Source: a virus
Lineage: Duplodnaviria; Caudoviricetes
IMG/VR virus record: IMGVR_UViG_3300034092_003054
Location: 1 to 25,035 of that record
Reading direction: 5' to 3' (one strand)
DNA: 25,035 nucleotides
The notes under the pieces were generated by a model that was not told the DNA's origin, searched no databases, and saw only the letters and a list, made by a program, of their open reading frames with translations. This document shows, one piece after another, positions 1 to 9,355 of the stretch (positions are counted from its first letter, which is position 1; every line of letters begins with the position of its first letter). The position numbers and the translations under genes are program-made.

Positions 1-1
1 A

Positions 2-991
2 ACGGAGCTAGGTCGAATCGATGCGACAATCGGAAGCCGAGCGACGCAAACCAGCGTTGACGCGATCGATGATTTCATCGATACCGAGGTGGCGGCGATC
101 AAGGACAAGACTGATTTGATTGTGGCATTTCCGGCCAACTTCGGAAGTCTCGATATCACGGTCGGCGGGGCAATTGCAGAGCTTGGGGCTGGTGCTCTCA
201 CGGCTAACGGCGCAGGCGATTCGATCGAGACTTACGTTTGGGGTGCATTGCTTGCTAACCACACAGCAGCCAATAGCTTTGGGGCTCGGATCATTCGGTC
301 GGCCAACTCGAACAACACGGTCCAGGTGACCGGCGGCGGCAGTAATCATATCTTCGCAGTGCTTCACGATGCCGAGCCGAATTCGATACCAGAAGATGCT
401 TTTGTTGATGGTGCGTTGTCGGCTCGGGCTTTGGCAGCGGATGCGCTTGGCGAAATAGCCGATGGCATTTGGGACGAGGCGACCAGCGGACACACAACGG
501 CAGGCACAACGGGCAAGGCTCTTATCGATTCAGGGGCAGCGGGTAATCCTTGGTCGACCGATCTTGCTACAGGGTACAGCGGGACTGAGGCGGGGAACAT
601 TCTAAATGAAGTTAAGGCCAAGACCGATACGATCACAGGCAATCAAACGATCAACGTCTACCCTGTGTCGGCGTCGACCCCTGAGAGAGTGGCCGGAACT
701 ACGATTACGTACTACCGAAACGAAATCCGATCGGTATCGGTGGTTACTGATTTCACTCTGACAAACCTAACCTTAAGCTTTACCATTGAGGATGCCGAAG
801 GGACTGACCTACTGACGATTGCTAACGGCTCGATCACTCGATCGAACCAGACCTTTACCGTATCGATTGGTACGGACGTCACTGCGAGCGTCGGCAATAA
901 GCGGTGGGCATTGCGTGACATTACCGGCGGGACCAACAGCGTAATAGCAAGGGGCGTCTTTAGCGTCCAGGAGGCAGCAAGCAATGGCTAA
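2..991 (+). CDS. 5'-truncated putative virion structural (fibre-like) protein
   Basis: Frame is open from position 2 (TELGRIDATIGSRA...), so the start lies upstream of the window. Ala/Gly/Thr-rich, with a repeated (I/V)KxKTD motif, an IADGIWDEATSGHTTAG segment and a beta-rich C-terminal domain. Stop overlaps the HNH start. Confidence 0.6.
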   Translation, partial: TELGRIDATIGSRATQTSVDAIDDFIDTEVAAIKDKTDLIVAFPANFGSLDITVGGAIAELGAGALTANGAGDSIETYVWGALLANHTAANSFGARIIRSANSNNTVQVTGGGSNHIFAVLHDAEPNSIPEDAFVDGALSARALAADALGEIADGIWDEATSGHTTAGTTGKALIDSGAAGNPWSTDLATGYSGTEAGNILNEVKAKTDTITGNQTINVYPVSASTPERVAGTTITYYRNEIRSVSVVTDFTLTNLTLSFTIEDAEGTDLLTIANGSITRSNQTFTVSIGTDVTASVGNKRWALRDITGGTNSVIARGVFSVQEAASNG

Positions 992-1451
992 GCTCTGCCG
1001 ATGCGGAAAGATTGTTGCCGATCGATGCGAGTGCCAGGGCGGTGCGAGTACGCAACGTCGAGACACTACGGCCGAAGGGCATGGCACCGATCACAGGCGA
1101 GCATCGGAACGGTACAGAGCAAAGCATCCATTGTGCGAACGGTGCGTTATGCTTTATGGGGCGATTGATGCCAAGCCGTCGGAGGACATGCACCATATTC
1201 ACAGCATTCGGAACGCTCCCCATCTGAGGATGGACTGGAACAATTGGCTTGCCGTTTGCGGCCCCTGCCATGAGGCTATAGAGGGCCGAGAGCTAGAGGG
1301 TATGGAAATCAAAGCGTGGTCGGTGCGCTTGTATAGCGAAACGCTAGAGGCGTCCAGCGGGCCAAACCCGGGGGTATGCGAAAAGCTTATACCTTACGGC
1401 GTCGATCCTTCGTTATCGCTTTCGCGAGTCTCCGCAAAATTGGAGGTTTGA
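984..1451 (+). CDS. HNH endonuclease (HK97 gp74-like packaging cofactor)
   Basis: HPLCERC...DMHHIHSI...NNWLAVCGPCH motif; lies immediately upstream of the terminase genes. Confidence 0.9.
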   Translation: MAKLCRCGKIVADRCECQGGASTQRRDTTAEGHGTDHRRASERYRAKHPLCERCVMLYGAIDAKPSEDMHHIHSIRNAPHLRMDWNNWLAVCGPCHEAIEGRELEGMEIKAWSVRLYSETLEASSGPNPGVCEKLIPYGVDPSLSLSRVSAKLEV

Positions 1452-1453
1452 GC

Positions 1454-1933
1454 ATGGTCAAGGGCCGAAAACCGCTTTCCAACGCTACCAAAGAGGCATC
1501 AGGTGCATTTATCAAAGACCCGCAGCGACGCAACGCAGATGAGCCAAAACCGAAACTAGGAAGGCCGAAGATTCCAGCGGCGGTGGAGGACGATCCGACT
1601 GCAAAATCCCGCTGGCACTGGGTTTGCGATCAACTCGAATCCATGAACCTCCTGGCCGTGACCGATCAGGGTCTAATCGCTGGGTATTGCCTTGATTATT
1701 CGATGATGCTTGCCTTGTGGGACACTATCAAGGGCGGCAATGTCTCGGATACGGATGAAAAAGGGCGGACTAAACTCAAGCCCGAGGCGAATCAATTCCA
1801 CACCTACAGCGACCGGATCCTAAAACGGGAAGCAGAGTTAGGCTTAACCCCATCGAGCCGATCGCGACTCAAGGCCCCACAGACCGAAGAGGAAGACGAA
1901 TTCGCCCAGTGGCTAGCGAGGTCAACAAGTTGA
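1454..1933 (+). CDS. terS: Terminase small subunit (P27 family)
   Basis: GGAGG RBS at 1442-1446 before ATG 1454; N-terminal GRKP; C-terminal ELGLTPSSRSRL typical of P27-family TerS. Confidence 0.92.
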   Translation: MVKGRKPLSNATKEASGAFIKDPQRRNADEPKPKLGRPKIPAAVEDDPTAKSRWHWVCDQLESMNLLAVTDQGLIAGYCLDYSMMLALWDTIKGGNVSDTDEKGRTKLKPEANQFHTYSDRILKREAELGLTPSSRSRLKAPQTEEEDEFAQWLARSTS

Positions 1934-3630
1934 TCGCAAGTGGCATCCCGCTACGTGTCGAGGACTACTGCCAAGCCGTCGAAGACGGTTCGGTAGTTGC
2001 TTGCGATCGCGTCAAGGATGCCGTCCTCCGCTATCGGCTGGACATGGGCAGGCAATCAACGCCGGACTTCCCGTATTACTTCGATGCGGTTAAGGCAGCT
2101 AGCGTCTGCGAATTCTTCCCGCTCATCCTTCGGCATTCGATCGGGGAGTATGCGGGCAAACCGCTGACCCTTGAGGATTGGCAGATTTTCGGGCTATGGA
2201 ATATCTTCGGATGGCGGCGCGATGAGGATCGGACTAGGCGGTTTCGCAAAGTCTACTGGTCGATGGCCCGGAAAAATGGCAAAACTACATTCGTAGCGGG
2301 ACTGTCTCACTACCTAGCGATGGCCGATATAGACCCGCGAACAGGCAAGCCGGAAGCTATCGGGCAGATCCTCCTGACAGCGACCAAGAAAGAACAGGCA
2401 AACATCGCTTACGGCGAATGCGAACGGATGGTCCAGCAATCCAAGACCATGCAAACGCGAACCGACATCCGGAACGAGACGATCACGTACACGCACAATG
2501 GCAGCTATATCCGCAAGGTATCCTCGGACAAGCCTTTCGACGGATTGAACCCGCATTGCGTAGTCATGGATGAGGTTCACGCATGGGGCCAACACCATCG
2601 GAAATTCTACGACACGATGGTTACGGGCAGCGGCTCACGGTCCCAGCCTTTGCATGTCATTATCACAACCGCAGGGGATGATAAATCCGATTTGTGGCTA
2701 CAGGAATACAACTATGCTACCAACGTGGTATCGGGCGTTAGCAAGGACGAAACCCTATTCGTTCTAATCTACGAGCTAGACAAAAACGATGATTTCGAGG
2801 ACGAATTGACTTGGATTAAGGCCAATCCGAACCTGGGTATTTCAGTTAAGCGGGAGTACCTTCGCGAACAGGTCAACAAGTTTCGCCACACCGCAATCGG
2901 ACGGAATTTGCTCGATCGTTTCCACGGCAACCGTATCGTATCATCGACCGAAAAAGCGTTCGACCTTGAGGATTTTGAGCGATGCGTTAAGCCCTACTCG
3001 GACTGGTCGCAGGCCGACGGCTACGGGGCTGGCATTGACCTTGGAGCACGCGACGACTTAGCGGCTTACGCTCTTTGTGCTCGATTCCCGATCGACATTA
3101 CAGACGACGGTAAAACAATCTACCGCTATGAAATTCGGACCAAGGCTTACATCGCGGCGAATTGCAATCGCGACTTGACGGCGATGCCTTTTTCGCAATT
3201 CATCTTCGATGAGGAAATAACCAAGGCGACCTATCCTATCGAGGATCTTACCGAATCGCTCTTGGCAGACCTTGAGGCCAACGACATTGGGACGGCGGCG
3301 TATGACCCATACAACGGGCAGCAACTCGGAGAAAAGCTAACTAAGGCGGGCGTCGTCGCGGCTCGAATGGCGCAGAACCAAGCCAACTTCAACGAGGCTA
3401 TTCGCGGCTTTATCGACTTAATGAAAAACGGGCGGCTAGTATTTGCCGACTCAAAGCTACTACGCTGGTGCGCGAATAACGCTATAATTGCCAAGGATCG
3501 GCAAGATAGGTGGATGTTTGACAAGGCCAAAAGCAAAGACAAGATCGATCCGATCGTTGCGGCGGTTATGGCTTATCGAATCGCAAGCCTACAGCCTGAG
3601 CGATCAACCGGGAAACTTTACGTCATTTAG
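1930..3630 (+). CDS. terL: Terminase large subunit
   Basis: Walker A (ARKNGKT), Walker B (VVMDEVH), nuclease motifs GIDLG and KDKIDPIVA. Probable TTG start overlapping the terS stop (TTGA); the ORF track gives 1909. Confidence 0.96.
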   Translation: MIASGIPLRVEDYCQAVEDGSVVACDRVKDAVLRYRLDMGRQSTPDFPYYFDAVKAASVCEFFPLILRHSIGEYAGKPLTLEDWQIFGLWNIFGWRRDEDRTRRFRKVYWSMARKNGKTTFVAGLSHYLAMADIDPRTGKPEAIGQILLTATKKEQANIAYGECERMVQQSKTMQTRTDIRNETITYTHNGSYIRKVSSDKPFDGLNPHCVVMDEVHAWGQHHRKFYDTMVTGSGSRSQPLHVIITTAGDDKSDLWLQEYNYATNVVSGVSKDETLFVLIYELDKNDDFEDELTWIKANPNLGISVKREYLREQVNKFRHTAIGRNLLDRFHGNRIVSSTEKAFDLEDFERCVKPYSDWSQADGYGAGIDLGARDDLAAYALCARFPIDITDDGKTIYRYEIRTKAYIAANCNRDLTAMPFSQFIFDEEITKATYPIEDLTESLLADLEANDIGTAAYDPYNGQQLGEKLTKAGVVAARMAQNQANFNEAIRGFIDLMKNGRLVFADSKLLRWCANNAIIAKDRQDRWMFDKAKSKDKIDPIVAAVMAYRIASLQPERSTGKLYVI

Positions 3631-3640
3631 GAGCGAATGA

Positions 3641-5200
3641 ATGGACATGCTTTCTCGATTGGTTCAATGGGCTGGATTCGGCTGGGATGTTAATCCGGCT
3701 AGGGTCGGCATCAAGGATGCAATGGGCATACCTCCGGCGTTCTTCGCCCACAACAAGCTTACCGGGGACTTTGCTAGGCTACCGATCGACGTAAAAAAGG
3801 TGGTCGGCAAAGGAGCTGAAAACGACCTCAAGCATGATGGCTACAGGCTACTGAGGAAACAGCCAAACAAGATTCAAAGCCCCACGGTATTTAAGCAGCA
3901 GCTATTGAGCCATGCAATCATGCGGGGCAATGGCAGAGCGGCAATTATCCGCAACGGCAGCGGCGTCGAGGAATTGATTCCTATGATGCCTGAACGAACC
4001 TGGACGGTAATTCATGAGGGCTTGAAGTACCATGCCTACAAGCCTGAAGACCAAAACAAGACCGAGCTATTCGATACCTACGATACCGACAATAACGGCT
4101 ACATCGTATTTCGAGACTCCGACGTTTTGCACATAAGCGGCTTTTCCTGGAATGGCGTTGACGGGCTAGGATTGCTGGACTTGGCGAACGTGGTTTTTAG
4201 TACATCCAAAGAGGCGATAAAGTTCCAGAATCAGCAAATCGCAAAAGGCTTTCGGGCTAAGCTATTCCTGGAAGCCCCTCCGGCAATGTTTCGCAGCGAA
4301 TCCGACGCAAAAAAGTTTATCGATGCGTTTAATGCGTCCGAGGCAGGATCGGATAACGCTGGCAAGGCTGGACTATTGCGCGAAGGCATCAAGGCCAACG
4401 CGGTTTCAATGTCCAACTCAGACGCTCAATTCGTCGACCTGCAAAAGTTCAACCGAGCGGATATCGGTATGCTCTTTGGTCTTGAGGGAATGCCCGGCGA
4501 TGGCGAAACGGATTCGTACAACTCCAGAGAGCAAACGCAGATAGCTTACCTTCAATGCCTTGATCGATGGCTAGTCCAGTTCGAGGAGCAATGCGATATG
4601 AAGCTCTTGACCCCACTGGAAATCAGAAAAAACAAAGCGTACTTCAAGTTCAACACCGGAGCGATCCTGAGAACCGCCCTAAAGGAAACCATCGACGCGT
4701 TCTCCGTGGCGGTATCGTCGCGGATTATGAACCCCAACGAATGCCGGTCTAAGCTAGACCTGAACCCCTATGAGGGCGGCGAAGAATTCATCAACCCGAA
4801 CATTCAGCGATCGGGTGACGATCCGGAGCCCGAACCAGAAGACACGCCCGAAGACGACCAAGAGGACACGCAAGAGCAAGCCCGAAACGATCGAGCCGTC
4901 GAGCAGATGCTTCGGGGGCTTATCAAGACCGAGGGCAATAACGCTATTAATGCATCGAAAAAGGCTCAGTTTGTCGCTTGGATCGGCAAAAAGTACCCGC
5001 AATGGGAAGCGAAATTGGCCGACAGTATTGAAGCGATCGGGCTTGACCGTGACCTAGCAAGGATTCACTGCCAGGAATCAACGCGAATCCTAGCGGGATT
5101 GGCGGCTAAATACGGTGGTGAATCGCTTCAAAAAGCCGTCGAAACTGAGGTTAAAACGTGGGAAAATCGTCTCTTTAGCTTGAAAGGCTTGCCAGAATGA
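3641..5200 (+). CDS. Portal protein, HK97 family, with C-terminal extension
   Basis: RGNGRAAI, DVLHISGFSWNGVDGLG and IMNPNECR motifs; position after TerL. Confidence 0.93.
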   Translation: MDMLSRLVQWAGFGWDVNPARVGIKDAMGIPPAFFAHNKLTGDFARLPIDVKKVVGKGAENDLKHDGYRLLRKQPNKIQSPTVFKQQLLSHAIMRGNGRAAIIRNGSGVEELIPMMPERTWTVIHEGLKYHAYKPEDQNKTELFDTYDTDNNGYIVFRDSDVLHISGFSWNGVDGLGLLDLANVVFSTSKEAIKFQNQQIAKGFRAKLFLEAPPAMFRSESDAKKFIDAFNASEAGSDNAGKAGLLREGIKANAVSMSNSDAQFVDLQKFNRADIGMLFGLEGMPGDGETDSYNSREQTQIAYLQCLDRWLVQFEEQCDMKLLTPLEIRKNKAYFKFNTGAILRTALKETIDAFSVAVSSRIMNPNECRSKLDLNPYEGGEEFINPNIQRSGDDPEPEPEDTPEDDQEDTQEQARNDRAVEQMLRGLIKTEGNNAINASKKAQFVAWIGKKYPQWEAKLADSIEAIGLDRDLARIHCQESTRILAGLAAKYGGESLQKAVETEVKTWENRLFSLKGLPE

Positions 5201-5832
5201 TCGAAGTATTCAACGAAACCAACGAAATCCACCTATCTGGCGTCGTCGGCGATGGATGGGCAGAAGATCCGATCACCAAAGACGGCGTACTAAAGGCCCT
5301 CAAGGCTTTCGGCTCGCAAGCGGTGACTATTCGGATCAACAGCCCAGGCGGCGCGGCCGATGAGGGGATTGCGATCCATAACCTACTCAAAGACTACGCA
5401 GGGGAGGTTACAACCGTCAACGACAGCCTTGCAGCGTCGGCGGCTAGCGTGATTTTCCTTGGCGGGTCCAAGCGGCTCATGGGTGATGGATCGCGGATTA
5501 TGATCCATCGAGCAATGGGCATGGCTTTCGGAAACGCGACCGAAATCAAAAAGACGCTAGCGGCACTCGAAAGCTACGATCAATCCCTGGTCGAAATCTA
5601 CGCCGATTTTCTCGGGAAGGATCCTGTCGAAATCCTAGCCATGATGGATGCCGAGACATGGTACAACGTCGATGAGGCTATCGCTTCGGGCCTTGCAACG
5701 GCTCGCTATGGCAAAGACAAAGACGACCGGAAGAAAAAGAAAATGGCATCGCAATTTGACCAAGCTAAAGCGAATTTACTTCAGGCAAAAATGGCTCAGT
5801 TTTCAAAACACTTGACAAGCCCGGGCCAGTAG
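5197..5832 (+). CDS. ClpP-like (S14) prohead maturation protease
   Basis: IRINSPGG, LAASAAS (catalytic Ser), IMIH, ETWY motifs; ATGA overlap with the portal stop. Confidence 0.93.
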   Translation: MIEVFNETNEIHLSGVVGDGWAEDPITKDGVLKALKAFGSQAVTIRINSPGGAADEGIAIHNLLKDYAGEVTTVNDSLAASAASVIFLGGSKRLMGDGSRIMIHRAMGMAFGNATEIKKTLAALESYDQSLVEIYADFLGKDPVEILAMMDAETWYNVDEAIASGLATARYGKDKDDRKKKKMASQFDQAKANLLQAKMAQFSKHLTSPGQ

Positions 5833-5840
5833 CCTAGATT
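5812..5840 (+). promoter_or_regulatory. Sigma70-like promoter for the major capsid gene
   Basis: TTGACA (5812-5817), 17-nt spacer, TAGATT (5835-5840). Confidence 0.7.
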
Positions 5841-5880
5841 TATTGCGTCGGCCAGAAGTGCCAACAACTCTGCAACTTAT

Positions 5881-5981
5881 TAGCGGCAGTGACACACGGT
5901 AAAAACGATTTTGTTTCCCGTGGCAGTCATGCCGCTATCTTGGTTTAACGACTGCCACACAACCCACAAAGGGCAGTCCAA
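5881..5981 (+). promoter_or_regulatory. Structured 5' leader of the capsid gene with alternative pairings
   Basis: Long hairpin 5881-5937 (TAGCGGCA/TGCCGCTA, TGAC/GTCA, CACGG/CCGTG). GACTGCC(AC) at 5950-5958 is complementary to both 5920-5928 and 5972-5978. Confidence 0.6.
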
Positions 5982-7307
5982 GTGAAGAGTGCAACGCAGC
6001 TACAAAAAGAGATCGAGGCTCTACAAGCCAAAGTAGGAGCGATTCAAGCAATCGCCAAAGAAGACAATCGAGAGCTTTCGACCGAAGAGCAAACCGAGAT
6101 TGATTCGATCGTTGGCGATGACAAGAACCCTGGCCAAATCACGGCTCTTGCAACGCAACGCGAACGAGCGATTCGGATTGAATCCGCCGTCTCGAATTCG
6201 GTTCGACAGGTCCGAGAGACCCAAGCCGACTCCGAGATGACCGGCAAGCCGTTCAAGATTCCAGCGCAGGCAAAGGCCCACAAGCCCCTCGTCGCCTTCA
6301 AGGGCGAAGATGCCGAATTAAACGCCTACCGAAGCGGCAAGTACATCCTTGCGACGATTTACAAGGATGCCAAAGCTGAGCAATGGTGCAAGGATCACGG
6401 CGTTCAAGCAGTGATGAGCGGCAGCGACGACCTCCGAGGCGGTACGCTTGTTCCCCCTGAATTCGAGAACGCCGTTATCGCGTTGTTCGAGTCCTACGGC
6501 GTGATTCCGCGATATTCCAGGCTCTATCCGATGGCATCGGATACCCTGAGCGTACCTCGGCAATTGTCAGACGTTACGGCGTATGCTGTCGGCGAATCTG
6601 ACGAAATCACGGCAAGCGATGCGACGTTCAGTCCAGTCAATTTGGTCGCTCGCAAGTTCGGTACTCTTACCAGGGTGCCAAGCGAACTCAATGACGATGC
6701 AGTTATTTCGATCGCTGAAATGCTCGCTACGTCGATCGCTCGGGCCCAGGCACTCAAAGCCGACACGGCTGGATTCTTGGGCAACGGCGAAGCAACGAAT
6801 CACGGCGTACAGGGGCTAGCGAACGTGCTGAATGCTGGATCCGTTGTGACGGCTAGCGTCGGCAATACGATGGCAACGCAAACAATCGCGGTGTTTCAAG
6901 AGGCAGTCGGAAAGCTTCCTGACTTCCCTGGAATCAATCCGGTGTGGTTTTGTCACAAGGCGATTTGGTCCAACGTCCTCGGGCGTTTGCAACTAGCTTC
7001 CGGTGGCAACAACAAAGACGACCTTGGCAATGGTCCGGTAGTTCAATTCCTTGGCTACCCAGTTGTTTTCGTCAACGTAATGCCCAAGACGATTACCGGA
7101 TCGTCCAAGTTTGCACACTTCGGAGACTTGGGCATGTCGGCAACGCTCGGGATGCGTCGTCGGCTGTCGATTGCTGCGGACGCTTCGCGGTACTTCGAGC
7201 TTGACCAAATCGCTTACAGATCCACCATGCGATGGGACTGGAATTGCCACGAGCGCGGAACGGCTAGCGAAGCCGGTCCAATCCTGACGGTCCAAGCAGC
7301 AGCCTAA
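5982..7307 (+). CDS. Major capsid protein, HK97 fold, with N-terminal delta/scaffold domain
   Basis: Coiled-coil N-terminus, GGTLVPPEF, VGESDEI, FLGYPVVF, HFGDL and YFELDQIAYR motifs; GTG start. Confidence 0.95.
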   Translation: MKSATQLQKEIEALQAKVGAIQAIAKEDNRELSTEEQTEIDSIVGDDKNPGQITALATQRERAIRIESAVSNSVRQVRETQADSEMTGKPFKIPAQAKAHKPLVAFKGEDAELNAYRSGKYILATIYKDAKAEQWCKDHGVQAVMSGSDDLRGGTLVPPEFENAVIALFESYGVIPRYSRLYPMASDTLSVPRQLSDVTAYAVGESDEITASDATFSPVNLVARKFGTLTRVPSELNDDAVISIAEMLATSIARAQALKADTAGFLGNGEATNHGVQGLANVLNAGSVVTASVGNTMATQTIAVFQEAVGKLPDFPGINPVWFCHKAIWSNVLGRLQLASGGNNKDDLGNGPVVQFLGYPVVFVNVMPKTITGSSKFAHFGDLGMSATLGMRRRLSIAADASRYFELDQIAYRSTMRWDWNCHERGTASEAGPILTVQAAA

Positions 7308-7341
7308 TTCACAACCAACAAAGAAAGACACAGGTGACATT

Positions 7342-7800
7342 TTGAACGACTTGCAACACTGCAAATTTGTCTCGGCGGTCAAGCCGACGGCCATCACGGA
7401 TAACGCGACGGCTACGGCTGACGTTGTTGACTGTCGAGGCTTTGATTTCGTTACGTTTGTGGTCCAGCTAGGGGCCACTGACATTGCATTGACGGCATTG
7501 AAGGTCCAAAACTCGGCAACGAGCGGCGGCAGCTATGCCGACATTACCGGAGCCACCTTCGCAGGCGGTACTGGGCTTGGCGGGGCTACGCTTGCCTTGC
7601 CAAGTGCGACCGATGACGGCCAAACCTGCGTTTTCCAAATCGACCTTCGCGGGCTCGATCCGTTTCTGAAATTGGTTGTAACTTTTGGCGATGGGTCAAC
7701 GGGCGGTTTTTCCGCAGCGGTTGCGATCTTGAGCCGAGCAAAGTTCCCTCCGATCACATCGACCGGAATGGCAGACGGTGACGTTTGCATCGTGGTCTAA
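7342..7800 (+). CDS. Putative head decoration/cement protein
   Basis: Directly after the capsid gene; AGGTGA RBS and TTG start; beta-strand-rich, Ala/Gly/Thr-rich. Function assigned by position only. Confidence 0.6.
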   Translation: MNDLQHCKFVSAVKPTAITDNATATADVVDCRGFDFVTFVVQLGATDIALTALKVQNSATSGGSYADITGATFAGGTGLGGATLALPSATDDGQTCVFQIDLRGLDPFLKLVVTFGDGSTGGFSAAVAILSRAKFPPITSTGMADGDVCIVV

Positions 7801-7997
7801 TGCGAGTCGAGCTACTTAAAATTTGGCAGGGTTTTCCAGTCGGCCATAGGCTGGAAGACCTGCAAGACGGCGTAGCGTTGATACTGATCGAAAGGGGCAT
7901 CGCCAGTGCGATTGATACCGGAGTTAGTGACAGGGCCGACAGCGGACCCGATCACATTAAGCGAAGCGAAAAAGCAGCTAGAAATCGGCATAAGTGA
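7800..7997 (+). CDS. Small head-module protein (65 aa)
   Basis: ATG overlaps the upstream TAA (TAATG); begins MRVELLKIWQGFPVG. Confidence 0.6.
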   Translation: MRVELLKIWQGFPVGHRLEDLQDGVALILIERGIASAIDTGVSDRADSGPDHIKRSEKAARNRHK

Positions 7998-8475
7998 CAC
8001 GACCCACGATACGCACTTGGCAGGCTTGATTCAGGCGGCTAGGGAGCAGTGGGAGCACGATACCGATTCGGCTACCTGTTTCGCTACGTACCGCATCCGG
8101 CTTGCGCAATGGGCCGATGGCGTCGAGCTACCAAAAAGCCCGATTCACTCGATCACCTCGATTCAATACTACGATGGGGCCAACACGCTCCAGACCTATC
8201 CGGCGAATCAGTACCAGTTACACGTTGACGCGGTGAGGCTTGCTTATTTGCAAGTCTTGCCCGGGACGGTGGCAAGGTGGGACGCCTGGACGATAACCTA
8301 CAAAGTCGGCTATTCCGAAGACGGCTCAAAAGTGCCAGCGATCGCCAAAAACGCAATGCTGATGCTGGTCGCTCATTACTTTGAAAATCGCGACATGCTA
8401 ATGTCCGAATCAATGCAGACTATGAAGCCCTACGAGGCCTTGGTTCTTCGATACATGCGGAGCAGCTACCCGTGA
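7906..8475 (+). CDS. Head-tail connector (HK97 gp6/phiE125 gp8-like)
   Basis: PITLSEAKKQL...D..LAGLIQAARE and VPAIAKNAMLMLVAHYFENR signatures. Confidence 0.9.
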   Translation: MRLIPELVTGPTADPITLSEAKKQLEIGISDTTHDTHLAGLIQAAREQWEHDTDSATCFATYRIRLAQWADGVELPKSPIHSITSIQYYDGANTLQTYPANQYQLHVDAVRLAYLQVLPGTVARWDAWTITYKVGYSEDGSKVPAIAKNAMLMLVAHYFENRDMLMSESMQTMKPYEALVLRYMRSSYP

Positions 8476-8810
8476 GGACAAAGAACCAGCGCACCGGGGC
8501 CTTACGGCATCGATGCACAATTCAACAACCGACAGAAACGGTCGACGCAGCGGGCCAGCCTGTAGTTTCGTGGGCGGCTTACGTTGTCGATGAGCCTTGT
8601 CAGTTCACGCCGACGGCAGGAATCGAATCGATGAGGGGCCGACAACTTGAGGCAGGCACAAGGGCGGTTTTTCGAGTCAGATACCGATCTGGCTACACGG
8701 TTCAGATGCGAGTTGTTTACCAGGGCGAAACCTACGGGATCACGGCCGTAAACATGGTCGATGGCTTGCGAAACTACATCGATATAATCTGCGCGGCGGT
8801 GTTGCCATGA
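8472..8810 (+). CDS. Head closure / head-tail adaptor (SPP1 gp16-like)
   Basis: GALRHRCTIQ...FRVRYRSG...MRVVY.GETYGI motif; gene order. Confidence 0.88.
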   Translation: MRTKNQRTGALRHRCTIQQPTETVDAAGQPVVSWAAYVVDEPCQFTPTAGIESMRGRQLEAGTRAVFRVRYRSGYTVQMRVVYQGETYGITAVNMVDGLRNYIDIICAAVLP

Positions 8811-9355
8811 GTACCAAAATCGAAATCAATGAGGATCTTATCAAGCAGATCGGCCAAATCCCCTTGATGCTTCGCAATGCTCCGTTTGGTCGATGCCTTG
8901 GAGCCTTTGCAAAGCCTGTTGCGGCGGCTTGCGAGGGTCACGCCCAATCATCGAGGGCTACAGGATCGCGGCTAAAGTGGTCCAAGAAATTCAAAAATAA
9001 CGCAGCGTTCCAAAACGATTCAAGGCAGCATTTTAGCCACAAGGTTTTTAAGGGCGGTATCGGCGTTGTCACTGGAGCGACCTACCCGAAGGGCAATAAA
9101 CAGCAATTCGTCATGCCATACCGCAAAGGCGAAAGCTACACGCGATACCATTGGGGCAAGCCTGGATCGCCTGTGATTTATACGGGCCGATCCGGTCGGC
9201 AATACACCCGAATCAACCGATCGAAAGCGACGGTCGCGACATTCCCTAAAGAACAACGCGCACCCATGCGGGCTTACCGCCAAACCTCGGGAACTGCCGA
9301 AGCGGCTTTTGTCGATCAACTGCAAAAGGAAGTAAAGGAGCTACGAATTGGCTAA
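8807..9355 (+). CDS. Neck/tail completion protein (HK97 gp10-like)
   Basis: Basic protein located between the head closure and tail terminator genes; assignment mostly positional. Confidence 0.65.
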   Translation: MSTKIEINEDLIKQIGQIPLMLRNAPFGRCLGAFAKPVAAACEGHAQSSRATGSRLKWSKKFKNNAAFQNDSRQHFSHKVFKGGIGVVTGATYPKGNKQQFVMPYRKGESYTRYHWGKPGSPVIYTGRSGRQYTRINRSKATVATFPKEQRAPMRAYRQTSGTAEAAFVDQLQKEVKELRIG

